The translations under genes and the position numbers were made by a program. Positions 11,469-21,563 of a stretch of 36,361 bases of DNA are shown here, piece after piece. The stretch's first letter is position 1; each line of letters opens with the position of its first letter. Origin of the DNA: Betaproteobacteria bacterium (GTDB taxonomy: Bacteria; Pseudomonadota; Gammaproteobacteria; Burkholderiales; Burkholderiaceae_C); contig VBCQ01000252.1 of assembly GCA_005882155.1 (NCBI GenBank), positions 1-36,361 of the forward strand. Reading direction: 5' to 3'. The notes under the pieces are model-generated. The model was not told where the DNA came from. It worked only from the letters and a program-made list of their open reading frames with translations, and searched no databases.

Positions 11469-12648
11469 TCAGTGGGAATGTCTTTTGCGGTAGTGATCGA
11501 GGAAGCGGGCGATGCGGCCGATCGCCTCGGCAAGGTCGTCCGAGTTCGGCAGGAAGACGATGCGGAAATGATCCGGCTGGCCCCAGTTGAATCCGGTGCC
11601 TTGCACGATCAGCACCTTCTCTTCAGCGAGAAGCTCGTAGGCGAACTGCTGGTCGTCGGCGATCGGGTACAGCTTCGCGTCGAGCTTGGGGAACAAGTAC
11701 AGCGCGGCCTTCGGCTTGACGACGCTGACACCGGGAATATCGCTCAGCAGCTGATATGCGAGCTCGCGCTGGCGGAACAATCTGCCGCCCGGCGCGACGA
11801 GGTCCTTGATGCTCTGGTAGCCGCCGAGCGCGGTCTGGATCGCGAGCTGCCCCGGCGTGTTGGAGCACAACCGCATCGACGCCAGCATGTTCAGGCCTTC
11901 GATGTAGTCCTTTGCGTGGCGCTTCTCGCCCGACACGACCATCCAGCCGGCGCGGTAACCGCAAGAGCGATAGTTCTTCGATAAGCCGTTGAAGGTGACG
12001 AACAGCACGTCGTCGGCAAGCGACGCGATGCTGGTGTGCGTCTCGCCGTCGTACAGCGTCTTGTCGTAGATCTCGTCGGCGAAGACGATCAGCTGGTGCA
12101 CTCGTGCGGCCTCGACGATCTCTTGCAGCACGCTCGTCGGGTACAGCGCGCCGGTCGGGTTGTTCGGGTTCGGCGATGTCGGGCATCCACCCCGACTGCT
12201 CGTCGCACAGGTAGTGCACCGGCGTGCCACCCGACAGCGCCACCGCCGCGGTGTACAGCGGATAGTCGGGCGCCGGCAGCAGCACCTCGTCGCCGTCGTT
12301 GAGCAGCGCGTTGATGCTCATCACGATCAACTCGGACGCACCATTGCCGAGGTACACGTCGTCGACCGTCACGCCGTGGATCAGTTTCTCCTGCGTGTAG
12401 TGCACGATCGACTTGCGCGGCGCGAACATGCCTTTGCTGTCGGTGTAGCCGGCCGCATGCGGCATGTTGCGGATCATGTCCTGCACGATTTCGTCGGGCG
12501 GCTCGAGGCCGAAGGCCGCGATGTTGCCGATGTTCAGGCGGATGATCTTGTGGCCCTCCTCCTCCATCTCGCGGGCCTTGTCGAGCACGGGGCCGCGGAT
12601 GTCGTAGCAGACGTTGGCGAGCTTGCTCGACTTGACGATGGGTTTCAA
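11469..12648 (-). pseudogene. alaA: Class I PLP aminotransferase (AlaA/YfbQ type), frameshifted at ~12170 (about 47 nt missing; may be an assembly error)
   Basis: TTG start, KSSKLANVCYDIRGPV, LNIGN, GNGASELI in one frame; NPNNPTG, DEIYDK, FNGLSKNYRSCGYRAGW in another. Confidence 0.88.
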
Positions 12649-12717
12649 AGGGCCTCCGGTGCACTTTTGCTGCGGCGCAAAACTTATAATTTAACCATAC
12701 GCACTTGGGTGGCCGCC

Positions 12718-13110
12718 TTGAAGCTGCAAGCCGATCGCATCGATGGAACCAACGCCATTTCACGTCATGGCCCCGACGGTGTGATCGTCAACGGCACGCA
12801 GCACACTCGCAGCGTCATCGTGCCGTGGACCGGCGATGTGACGGCGTGGCCGGTGACCTCGTTCGAGGAGCTTGCGGCGGACCACTTTGCCACGCTCGTG
12901 GGCTTCAAGCCGGAGCTGGTGATCTTCGGCAGCGGGCGGCGGATTCGCTTCGCCTCGCCGGCGCTGCTGCGGCCTTTGATGGACCAGCGCATCGGCATCG
13001 AGACGATGGACACTGCGGCCGCCTGTCGAACCTACAACGTGCTGTTGGCCGAAGGGCGCAACGTCGTCGCTGCGCTGCTGTTCGAGGGCAGCGCCTCCTC
13101 AATCGGGTGA
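12718..13110 (+). CDS. Mth938-like (DUF498/DUF598) protein
   Basis: TTG start; PELVIFGSG and IGIETMDTAAACRTYNVLLAEGRNVVAALL signature; TATAAT at 12685-12690. Confidence 0.88.
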   Translation: MKLQADRIDGTNAISRHGPDGVIVNGTQHTRSVIVPWTGDVTAWPVTSFEELAADHFATLVGFKPELVIFGSGRRIRFASPALLRPLMDQRIGIETMDTAAACRTYNVLLAEGRNVVAALLFEGSASSIG

Positions 13111-13190
13111 GTCTGTCGCGACGGAATGGCTTGCCCGAGGCCTTATAATCACAGGCTACGCCCACAAGGCGCAACCAAGCAGAATACTTC

Positions 13191-13667
13191 ATGACGCCAG
13201 CCCTCAACAAACCCCTCCCGGAATTTGAAGCGCTTGCCACCGGTGGCGTGAAATTCACGCCGCAGGCCTACGCGGGCCAGATCGTCGTTCTGTACTTTTA
13301 TCCGAAGGACAACACGCCCGGTTGCACGACTGAGGCGATGCAGTTTCGCGATCATCACAAGGACTTCATCAAGGCCGGCGCGGTCGTGTTCGGCGTCTCG
13401 CGCGACAACATGGCGTCGCACGACAAGTTCAAGCAAGCGCTGGAGTTGCCGTTCGAGCTGATTGCCGACACCGAAGAAAAGCTTTGTCACATGTTCGGCG
13501 TGGTCAAGAACAAGATCATGTACGGCAAAAAGGTCAAGGGCATCGAGCGCAGCACCTTCCTGATCGATGGTCACGGCGTGTTGCGCGCCGAGTGGCGCGG
13601 CCTCAAGGTCGCCGGACACGTCGAGGAAGTTTTGAAGGCCGTGAAGGCGATCAAGAAAACCGGATAA
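13191..13667 (+). CDS. bcp: Peroxiredoxin, Bcp/PrxQ family
   Basis: VLYFYPKDNTPGCTTEA peroxidatic-Cys motif, GIERSTFLID. Confidence 0.93.
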   Translation: MTPALNKPLPEFEALATGGVKFTPQAYAGQIVVLYFYPKDNTPGCTTEAMQFRDHHKDFIKAGAVVFGVSRDNMASHDKFKQALELPFELIADTEEKLCHMFGVVKNKIMYGKKVKGIERSTFLIDGHGVLRAEWRGLKVAGHVEEVLKAVKAIKKTG

Positions 13668-13689
13668 CTGGACGCTTCGCTGATTTAGA

Positions 13690-13718
13690 AAAGCCGACCC
13701 AGGTCGGCTTTGTCTTTT
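13690..13718 (+). terminator. Probable intrinsic terminator after bcp
   Basis: AAAGCCGACC-CA-GGTCGGCTTT followed by GTCTTTT, 22 nt after the bcp stop. Confidence 0.7.
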
Positions 13719-13751
13719 GGGCATACCGATTGCTGCGTTCCGATAAACGGG

Positions 13752-13779
13752 TTGTACCCTCAGCCCGGATGTGCATAAT
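13752..13779 (+). promoter_or_regulatory. Putative sigma-70 promoter for the PhoH-family gene leader
   Basis: TTGTAC-N16-CATAAT, with TG one base upstream of the -10 (extended -10-like). Confidence 0.5.
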
Positions 13780-13821
13780 GAGTCATGCCCGTGAGTAGTG
13801 ATACGCGCACCCTCTCCATCT

Positions 13822-13856
13822 GAGCCGCACAGGCGACTGTGCGGCTCTTTTCTTTT
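13822..13856 (+). terminator. Intrinsic terminator/attenuator hairpin in the leader of the PhoH-family gene
   Basis: Perfect 11-bp stem GAGCCGCACAG-GCGA-CTGTGCGGCTC with a GNRA loop, followed by TTTTCTTTT. Confidence 0.75.
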
Positions 13857-13882
13857 CCCCCACCAGCCCCACTCCTACATCC

Positions 13883-15544
13883 ATGCCACTGCCCAAGCCG
13901 CCTGCCAAACGAGCCGCCCTTTTGACCCCCAACGACTTCGAATCGCAGGCCGCACCCAAACCCGGCAAACGCACACAGAAAACCAGCCTCTCCGCCGAGC
14001 CGGCATCGCCTGCCGAGCTGAATCTGTATGACGCGGCGGCAGTCGAGGCGGCGCCACCGATCGTTCCCGCCGAGACGCGCGCGAACACCGCGGTCGCGCA
14101 TCGGCCACTGCCCGAAGCGCGGCCGCGCAAGCCGCGCGGCAACGGCCCGGCCAAGCTGTTCGTCCTCGACACCAACGTGCTGATGCACGACCCGATGTCG
14201 CTGTTCCGCTTCGAGGAGCACGACATCTACTTGCCGATGATCACGCTCGAGGAGCTCGACGGGCACAAGCGCGGGATGACCGAGGTCGCGCGCAACGCCC
14301 GCCAGGTGAGCCGCGATCTCGACGCGCTGGCCGCCAGCATGGGCAGTCGTGACGCGACGGGCATGTCCGACGGTCTGCCGCTGTCGCGCACCGGGCATCG
14401 AGAAGCTGCCGGCAAGTTGTTCTTCCAGACCAACCTCGTCAACGTGAATTTGCCGGCAGGGCTGCCGCAAGGCAAGGCCGACAACCAGATCCTCGGCGTC
14501 GTGAAGGCGCTGTGCGAGCAGAAGCCTGCGCGCGACGTGGTGCTGGTGTCCAAAGACATCAACATGCGCATCAAGGCGCGTGCATTGGGCTTGCCGGCCG
14601 AAGACTACTTCAACGACAAGACGCTGGAAGACGGCGACTTGCTCTACACCGGCGTGCTGCAGTTGCCCACCGACTTTTGGGACCGCCACGGCAAGACGAT
14701 GGAAAGCTGGAGCCAGGGCGGCTGCACCTTCTACCGCATCAGCGGACCGCTGGTGCCGGCCTTGCTGATCAACCAGTTCGTCTATCTCGAAGCACCCGGC
14801 GCCGCGCCGCTGTACGCCAAGGTCACCGAGATCACCGGCAAGACCGCCGTGCTGAAGACCTTGCGCGAATACACGCACAACAAGAACGCGGTGTGGGGCG
14901 TGACGGCGCGCAACCGCGAGCAGAACTTCGCGCTCAACCTGCTGATGGATCCGGAGTGCGACTTCATCACGCTGACCGGCACCGCGGGCACCGGCAAGAC
15001 GCTGATGACGCTGGCCGCGGGGCTGTCGCAAGTGATGGACGATCGGCGCTATACCGAGATCATCGTGACCCGCGTCACCGTGCCGGTCGGTGAAGACATC
15101 GGCTTCCTGCCCGGCACCGAGGAAGAAAAGATGGGCCCGTGGATGGGGGCCCTCGACGACAACCTCGAAGTGCTGTCGAAGAGCGACGGCGGCGCAGGCG
15201 AGTGGGGCCGTGCCGCGACCAACGACCTGGTTCGCAGCAAGATCAAGATCAAGAGCCTGAACTTCATGCGCGGTCGCACCTTCCTCAACAAGTACGTGAT
15301 CATCGACGAGGCGCAGAACCTCACACCGAAGCAGATGAAGACACTGATCACGCGCGCCGGCCCGGGCACGAAGATCGTTTGCCTCGGCAACCTGGCGCAG
15401 ATCGACACGCCGTATCTCACCGAGGGCAGCTCGGGCCTGACCTACGCCGTCGACCGCTTCAAGGGCTGGCCGCATTCGGGCCACATCATGCTGGCGCGCG
15501 GCGAGCGCTCGAGGCTCGCGGACTTCGCCAGCGAGGTGCTCTAA
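13883..15544 (+). CDS. PhoH-family protein with N-terminal PIN domain (PhoH2/YlaK type)
   Basis: PIN motifs FVLDTNVLMHDP, EELD, ADNQIL, LVSKDINMRIKA; ATPase motifs GTAGTGKT, FMRGRT, IIDEAQNLT, TRAG. Confidence 0.92.
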   Translation: MPLPKPPAKRAALLTPNDFESQAAPKPGKRTQKTSLSAEPASPAELNLYDAAAVEAAPPIVPAETRANTAVAHRPLPEARPRKPRGNGPAKLFVLDTNVLMHDPMSLFRFEEHDIYLPMITLEELDGHKRGMTEVARNARQVSRDLDALAASMGSRDATGMSDGLPLSRTGHREAAGKLFFQTNLVNVNLPAGLPQGKADNQILGVVKALCEQKPARDVVLVSKDINMRIKARALGLPAEDYFNDKTLEDGDLLYTGVLQLPTDFWDRHGKTMESWSQGGCTFYRISGPLVPALLINQFVYLEAPGAAPLYAKVTEITGKTAVLKTLREYTHNKNAVWGVTARNREQNFALNLLMDPECDFITLTGTAGTGKTLMTLAAGLSQVMDDRRYTEIIVTRVTVPVGEDIGFLPGTEEEKMGPWMGALDDNLEVLSKSDGGAGEWGRAATNDLVRSKIKIKSLNFMRGRTFLNKYVIIDEAQNLTPKQMKTLITRAGPGTKIVCLGNLAQIDTPYLTEGSSGLTYAVDRFKGWPHSGHIMLARGERSRLADFASEVL

Positions 15545-17436
15545 GCGCAGACGAGGTCCTTGATCTGCTGCAGCGCACTCGGGTCTTCGATCGTCGTCAG
15601 ATCACCCGGGTCGCGCTGCTCGCAGACCGCTTGAATCGCGCGCCGCAGCAGCTTGCCGGATCGCGTCTTCGGCAGCACGCCGACGAAGTGCACGCGTGAC
15701 GGGCGGGCGACGCCGCCGAGCTGCTCGTCGACCGTCTTCATGATCTCGCCTTCGAGCTTCATTCGAGCTGCGGCATCAGTGAGTCCGCTCGCGTCCTTCG
15801 CGACGACGAAGGCCATCGCAACCTGGCCCTTGAGCTGATCGGCGACGCCGACCACCGCCACTTCGGCGACGTTCGGGTGGCTCGAAATGCTCTCCTCGAT
15901 TTCGCGCGTGCCGAGCCGATGGCCAGCGACGTTGATCACGTCGTCGGTGCGTCCGAGGATGAAGTAGTAGCCGTCTTCGTCTCGGATGCCCCAATCGAAA
16001 GTGGTATAGACCATCTTGCCGGGCACGCTGTGCCAGTAGGTCTTGACGAAGCGCGCATCGTCGCGCCACACCGTCTGCATGCAGCCCGGCGGCAGCGGCC
16101 CTTCGATGACGACGACGCCTTTCTGATTCGCACCGGTCAGCTCTTCGCCGGTGTGCTCGTCGAGCAGCTTGATGTCGTAGCCGTACATCGCAAAGCCCGG
16201 GCTGCCGAACTTGCTCGGCAGCGGCTCGATGCCGTTGGCGATCGCGAGAATCGGCCAGCCGGTCTCGGTCTGCCAGTAGTTGTCGATGACCGGTCGGCCC
16301 AGGCCATCGGCGATCCACTTTGCGGTCGTCTCGTCGAGCGGCTCGCCGGCCAGGAACAGCGCGCGCAGCGAGCTCAAGTCGTATTGATGCAGGTACTTCG
16401 GGTCCTGCTTCTTCAGCACGCGCACCGCGGTCGGCGCGCTGAACATCGCGGTCACCTGGTACTTCTCGACCAGGCTCCACCAGATGCCCGCGTCGGGGCG
16501 GATCGGCAGGCCTTCGTACATGATGGTGGCCATGCCGGCAATCAGCGGACCGTAGACGATGTAGCTGTGGCCGACGACCCAGCCGATGTCGCTGGTCGAG
16601 AAGTAGGTCTCGCCGGGCTGGCCCAGAAAGATGTGCTTCATGCTCGCCGCCAGCGCCACCGCATAGCCGCCGGTGTCGCGCTGCACGCCCTTCGGCCTGC
16701 CCGTCGTGCCGCTGGTGTACAGCGTGTAGCTCGGATGCGTCGCATCGACCCACACGCAGGGCACTTGTGCATCGATGTGTTGCTGGCGCAGCGCCGCATG
16801 GTCTTCGTCTCGACCCGCGACGCGCTCCATCGGCGCCATGCGCCGATCGACCAGCAGCACCTTCGCCGGTTTCCACTCGGCAAGTCGAATCGCTTCGTCG
16901 AGCAGAGGTTTGTAGGCCACGACCTTGCTGGCGCGGCTTCCGGCATCCGCGCTGACGATCACAGTCGGCTGCGCATCGTCGATGCGGCTTGCCAGGCTCA
17001 CGCTCGCGAAGCCGCCGAACACCACCGAGTGGATCGCGCCGATGCGCACGCAAGCGAGCATCGCGAACGCGGCTTGCGGAATCATCGGCATGTAGACGAG
17101 CACGCGGTCGCCTTGCTTGACGCCGAGCGATTGCAGCACCGCGGCCATGCGCTGCACTTCGGCATGCAGCTCGCGAAAGCTGTAGACCTCTTCCTCGCCG
17201 GTCTCGCTCGAGACGAAGATCAATGCGTTCTGCTCGGCGCGGTCCTGAAGATGACGATCGACCGCGTTGTGGCACAGGTTGGTCTGCCCGCCGACGAACC
17301 AGCGCGCGAACGGCGGATGGCTGTAGTCGCAGACCTGGTCGAACGGCCGCTGCCAGTCGATCAGCGCGGCCTGCTCGCGCCAGAAGCCGTCGCGGTCGGT
17401 GATCGAGCGTCGGTGGAACTCAGCGTAGCGGGTCAT
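15541..17436 (-). CDS. prpE: Propionate--CoA ligase
   Basis: WFVGGQTNLCHNAVDRH, YTSGTTGRPKGVQRDTGGYAVAL, DNYWQTETGW, PKTRSGK. Three tandem ATGs; 17436 has the best spacing to GGAG. Confidence 0.92.
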   Translation of the reverse strand: MTRYAEFHRRSITDRDGFWREQAALIDWQRPFDQVCDYSHPPFARWFVGGQTNLCHNAVDRHLQDRAEQNALIFVSSETGEEEVYSFRELHAEVQRMAAVLQSLGVKQGDRVLVYMPMIPQAAFAMLACVRIGAIHSVVFGGFASVSLASRIDDAQPTVIVSADAGSRASKVVAYKPLLDEAIRLAEWKPAKVLLVDRRMAPMERVAGRDEDHAALRQQHIDAQVPCVWVDATHPSYTLYTSGTTGRPKGVQRDTGGYAVALAASMKHIFLGQPGETYFSTSDIGWVVGHSYIVYGPLIAGMATIMYEGLPIRPDAGIWWSLVEKYQVTAMFSAPTAVRVLKKQDPKYLHQYDLSSLRALFLAGEPLDETTAKWIADGLGRPVIDNYWQTETGWPILAIANGIEPLPSKFGSPGFAMYGYDIKLLDEHTGEELTGANQKGVVVIEGPLPPGCMQTVWRDDARFVKTYWHSVPGKMVYTTFDWGIRDEDGYYFILGRTDDVINVAGHRLGTREIEESISSHPNVAEVAVVGVADQLKGQVAMAFVVAKDASGLTDAAARMKLEGEIMKTVDEQLGGVARPSRVHFVGVLPKTRSGKLLRRAIQAVCEQRDPGDLTTIEDPSALQQIKDLVCA

Positions 17437-17451
17437 CATCATCTCCGTGTC

Positions 17452-18432
17452 TCACGCAATTGAAACGACGATGCGGCCGCGCATCTTGCTCTGGATCAAG
17501 GCATCGGCTTTCGACACCGCTCGTTCCAGCGGCACCTCGTCGATCATGGCTTCGAGCTTGGCAGGGTCGAGGTCGCGCGCGAGGCGCTCCCACGCCTGCT
17601 CGCGCAGCGGCAGCGGCGCCATCACGCTGTCGATGCCGAGCAGCGCCACACCGCGCAGGATGAACGGCATCACCGTCGCCGGCAGGTCCGCGCCTTGCGC
17701 CAGCCCGCAGGCGCTGACCGCGCCGGCGCGGCGCGTTTGCGCGAGTGCATTGGCGAGCGTGTGACTGCCGAGCGCATCGACGACCGCGGCCCAGCGCTCT
17801 TTCTGCAAGGGCTTGCCGGGTGCACCGAGCTCGCTGCGATCGACGATCTCCGCCGCGCCGAGCGACTTCAGGTAGTCGCCCTCTTCGACCTTGCCGGTCG
17901 ACGCGACGACACGGTGGCCGAGTCGCGACAGCACCGCGATCGCCACGCTGCCGACGCCGCCGGTCGCACCGGTCACCAGCACATCGCCATCGCCCGGCTT
18001 CAGCCCATGGCGCTCCAGCGCGAGCACGCTGAGCATCGCGGTGTAGCCCGCCGTGCCGATGGCCATTGCCTGGCGAGTCGTGAATGCCACCGGCAACTTG
18101 ACCAGCCAGTCGCCGTTCAGTTTTGCCTTCTCCGCCAGACACCCCCAGTGCGATTCGCCGACGCCCCAGCCATTCAGGATCACCGCGTCGCCCGTCTTCC
18201 ACTTCGGATGGCGGCTCTCGATCACCGTCCCCGCGCCGTCGATGCCGGCGACCATCGGCCAGCTGCGAACGATCGGGCTCTTGTTCGTGATCGCCAGCGC
18301 GTCCTTGTAGTTGATCGTCGAATGCGCAACCTTGATCAGCACGTCACCTTCGGGCAGACGACTTTCATCCAGCGACTGGATTCCGGCGCGAAAGCCGGCG
18401 TCGGTCTTTTCGAGCAGCAGGGCTTTGAACAT
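17452..18432 (-). CDS. acuI: Acrylyl-CoA reductase AcuI/YhdH family (MDR oxidoreductase)
   Basis: [61 protein letters not shown]. Confidence 0.88.
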   Translation of the reverse strand: MFKALLLEKTDAGFRAGIQSLDESRLPEGDVLIKVAHSTINYKDALAITNKSPIVRSWPMVAGIDGAGTVIESRHPKWKTGDAVILNGWGVGESHWGCLAEKAKLNGDWLVKLPVAFTTRQAMAIGTAGYTAMLSVLALERHGLKPGDGDVLVTGATGGVGSVAIAVLSRLGHRVVASTGKVEEGDYLKSLGAAEIVDRSELGAPGKPLQKERWAAVVDALGSHTLANALAQTRRAGAVSACGLAQGADLPATVMPFILRGVALLGIDSVMAPLPLREQAWERLARDLDPAKLEAMIDEVPLERAVSKADALIQSKMRGRIVVSIA

Positions 18433-18550
18433 GACGCTTCCTTTCGGGCTCGCGGTACCGTGGATGTGGGATCGTATTGCAGGTCCCGAGGCAATGGGGC
18501 CCCAGGCCCTGCGCCGCTCATGCCCTGCGCCACGCAGGCAAAATGGCGCC

Positions 18551-19666
18551 ATGACAGACCGCGTCATTCCGCTCGCCGACCACCGCTACGCCGCCGCCAT
18601 CCCGGCGGTGCCTGCGGTCGCGTTGCCGGCCAACGGCTTGCTCGCCGATACCCTCGGGCGACCGCTGCGCGACCTGCGCATCTCGGTCACCGACCGCTGC
18701 AACTTTCGCTGCAGCTACTGCATGCCCAAGGAAGTGTTCGACAAGAACTACCAATTCCTGCCGCACTCGTCCTTGTTGAGCTTCGAGGAGATCACCCGCG
18801 TCGCGCGACTCTTCGTCGCGCATGGCGTGCAAAAGATTCGCCTGACCGGCGGCGAGCCGCTGCTGCGCAAGAATCTGGAGGTCTTGGTCGAGATGCTCAG
18901 CGCCCTCGCGACGCCAGCAGGCGAGCCGCTCGACATCACGCTGACGACCAACGCGTCGGTGCTTGCGAAGAAGGCGCAGTCGCTGAAGGACGCCGGGCTG
19001 CAGCGCGTCACCGTCAGTCTCGACGCACTCGACGACGCGATCTTCCGCCGCATGAACGACGCCGACTTCCCGGTCGCCGAGGTGCTGCGCGGCATCGAGG
19101 TGGCCGAGCGCGTAGGGCTCGGGCCGATCAAGGTCAACATGGTCGTCAAGCGCGGCACCAACGACCACGAGATCATCGCGATGGCGCGCCACTTCAAGGG
19201 CACGCCGATCATCCTGCGCTTCATCGAGTACATGGACGTCGGCGCGACGAATGGCTGGCGCATGGACGAGGTGCTGCCGTCGGCACAAGTCATCGCGCGC
19301 CTCGACGCGGAGTTCGGCGTCGAGCCGATCGAGCCCAACTACAGCGGCGAAGTGGCCGAGCGCTGGCGCTACGTCGACGGCAGCGGCGAGATCGGCGTGA
19401 TCTCGAGCGTCACCCAAGCGTTCTGCCGCGACTGCAACCGCGCGCGCCTGTCGACCGAGGGCAAGCTCTTCCTCTGCCTGTTCGCCACCCACGGCCACGA
19501 CCTGCGCGCGCTGCTGCGCGGCGGCTATGCCGACGCGCAGATCGAAGCGGCGATCGGCGAGATCTGGCGCGGCCGCGGCGACCGCTATTCGGAGCTTCGT
19601 GGTGCGATGGCAGCCGACGTCGGCAACGGCGAACGCCGCGTCGAGATGCATTACATCGGCGGCTAG
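18551..19666 (+). CDS. moaA: GTP 3',8-cyclase (radical SAM)
   Basis: [37 protein letters not shown]...C, C-terminal MHYIGG. Confidence 0.97.
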   Translation: MTDRVIPLADHRYAAAIPAVPAVALPANGLLADTLGRPLRDLRISVTDRCNFRCSYCMPKEVFDKNYQFLPHSSLLSFEEITRVARLFVAHGVQKIRLTGGEPLLRKNLEVLVEMLSALATPAGEPLDITLTTNASVLAKKAQSLKDAGLQRVTVSLDALDDAIFRRMNDADFPVAEVLRGIEVAERVGLGPIKVNMVVKRGTNDHEIIAMARHFKGTPIILRFIEYMDVGATNGWRMDEVLPSAQVIARLDAEFGVEPIEPNYSGEVAERWRYVDGSGEIGVISSVTQAFCRDCNRARLSTEGKLFLCLFATHGHDLRALLRGGYADAQIEAAIGEIWRGRGDRYSELRGAMAADVGNGERRVEMHYIGG

Positions 19667-19668
19667 GA

Positions 19669-20289
19669 ATGACAGCCCCCACGATGACTATCCCGAAAGA
19701 CGACATCACCGGCCTGATCCTCGCCGGCGGCCGCGGCAGCCGCATGGGCGGCGTCGACAAGGGCTTGCAGAATCATCAAGGCTTGCCGCTCGCGATGCAT
19801 GCGTTGATGCGCCTCGAGCCGCAGGTTGGGCACATCATGATCAACGCCAATCGAAATCTCGGCGCCTACGATGCGTTCGGCGTGCCGGTGTGGCCGGATG
19901 CCTTGCCCGACTATCCGGGCCCGTTGGCGGGCTTTCTGGCGGGCCTGGAACGCTGTGAAACGCCTTACCTCGTCACCGTGCCGTGCGACACGCCGAACTT
20001 TCCGGCCGACCTCGTGCAGCGCCTCGGCAGCGAGCTCGTCGCGCGCGATGCCGAGATCGCGATGGCGGCAACGCGCACCGTCGATGGCGTGCAGGTGCAG
20101 CCGGTGTTCTGCCTGATGAAGTCGACCCTGATGGAGAGCCTCGTGCGCTTCACCCATGAAGGCCAGCGCAAGATCGACCGCTGGACCGCGCAGCATCGCT
20201 GCGTCGACGTGGTCTTCGACGACGAGGCGGCGTTCTTCAACGCCAACACGCCCGACGAGTTGCGGCAGCTGCAGCGCGGCCCAGCATGA
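19669..20289 (+). CDS. mobA: Molybdenum cofactor guanylyltransferase
   Basis: [39 protein letters not shown]; last ~206 aa of ORF 17695..20289. Confidence 0.95.
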   Translation: MTAPTMTIPKDDITGLILAGGRGSRMGGVDKGLQNHQGLPLAMHALMRLEPQVGHIMINANRNLGAYDAFGVPVWPDALPDYPGPLAGFLAGLERCETPYLVTVPCDTPNFPADLVQRLGSELVARDAEIAMAATRTVDGVQVQPVFCLMKSTLMESLVRFTHEGQRKIDRWTAQHRCVDVVFDDEAAFFNANTPDELRQLQRGPA

Positions 20290-21563
20290 CGCGCCTGCAA
20301 GACATCGCCTCCTGCGTCGCCGGCTACGACCCGAACGCGCTGCCGGTCGCGCAGGCGCAGGAGTTCATCGCTCGCCTCGTGCCGCGCGTCGACACGATCG
20401 AAAGCGTGCCAATCCGCTCGGCGCTCGGCCGCGTGCTGGCGCGCGATGTCGTCTCGCAGATCAACGTGCCGGCGAGCGACAACTCGGCGATGGACGGCTA
20501 TGCGTTGCGCGGCGCCGATCTGCTGGTCGATGCGCCGACCGCGCTCGAGCTCGTCGGCACCGGTTTGGCGGGCGATGCTTTCGTCGGCGATGTGCTCGCC
20601 GGTCAATGCCTGCGCATCATGACCGGCGCCGTGATGCCAGCCGGGCTCGACACCGTCGTGCCGCAGGAGTTCTGCAGCGCGAGCGAGGGCAAGGTGACGA
20701 TTCCGCCCGGCGTCGTCCAACCCGGCGACAACCGCCGCTTGGCCGGCGAAGACCTCGCCGCCGGCGAAGTGGCCCTGCATGAAGGCCGCGTGCTGCGTCC
20801 GGCCGACATCGGCATGCTCGCCTCGCTCGGCCAGGCCGAGGTGGCGGTGTTTCGCAAGCTGCGCGTCGCGTTCTTCTCGACCGGCGACGAGCTGCGATCG
20901 ATCGGCGAGCCGCTCGCCGAAGGTTGCGTCAACGACAGCAACCGCTACACGATGTGGGCGATGCTGCAGCGACTCGGCGTCGACATGCTCGACATGGGTG
21001 TCGTACGCGACGATCCGGCCGCGCTCGAAGCCACGTTTCGCCGAGCCGCCGAAAGCGCCGATGCGGTCATCACGTCAGGCGGCGTCAGCGTCGGTGAAGC
21101 CGACCACACCAAGCGCGTGATGGCCGCGCTCGGCGACGTGCTGTTCTGGCGCATCGCGATGCGCCCCGGTCGGCCGATGGCGATCGGGCAGATCCGCAGC
21201 AGCGGCCACAACGCGATCCTGTTCGGCCTGCCCGGCAACCCGGTCGCGGTGATGGTGACTTTCTATGCGTTCGTGCGCAATGCGCTGCTCGCGATGAGCG
21301 GCGCGACGCCGCAGACGCTGCCGATGCTTCGCGCGGCGAGCGACAAGGCGATCCGCAAGAAGCCCGGCCGCACCGAGTACCAGCGCGGTGTCGTCAGCCG
21401 CGGCGACGACGGATCGTGGCGCGTCGCGATCACCGGCTCGCAGGGCTCAGGCATCTTGCGCAGCATGAGCGAGGCCAACGGTCTCGTCGTGCTGCATCAC
21501 GAGCAGGGCAGCGTCGCGGCCGGTGAGCTCGTCGACGTGCTGCCGTTCGACGGGCTGATCTGA
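20286..21563 (+). CDS. moeA: Molybdopterin molybdotransferase (copy 2)
   Basis: [50 protein letters not shown]. Confidence 0.94.
   Translation: MTRLQDIASCVAGYDPNALPVAQAQEFIARLVPRVDTIESVPIRSALGRVLARDVVSQINVPASDNSAMDGYALRGADLLVDAPTALELVGTGLAGDAFVGDVLAGQCLRIMTGAVMPAGLDTVVPQEFCSASEGKVTIPPGVVQPGDNRRLAGEDLAAGEVALHEGRVLRPADIGMLASLGQAEVAVFRKLRVAFFSTGDELRSIGEPLAEGCVNDSNRYTMWAMLQRLGVDMLDMGVVRDDPAALEATFRRAAESADAVITSGGVSVGEADHTKRVMAALGDVLFWRIAMRPGRPMAIGQIRSSGHNAILFGLPGNPVAVMVTFYAFVRNALLAMSGATPQTLPMLRAASDKAIRKKPGRTEYQRGVVSRGDDGSWRVAITGSQGSGILRSMSEANGLVVLHHEQGSVAAGELVDVLPFDGLI

Noticed and set aside
18433-18550. Possible Moco riboswitch upstream of moaA; direct repeat GCCCTGCGCC at 18506 and 18522
   Set aside because: I cannot match the Moco RNA motif by eye, and a 10-nt GC-rich duplication is weak evidence. 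An Infernal search would settle it.
17695-19668. 864-aa ORF 17695..20289, apparently a long MobA fusion
   Set aside because: The upstream part is antisense to acuI and out of frame over moaA, with Arg/Ala-rich junk composition; MobA starts at 19669.
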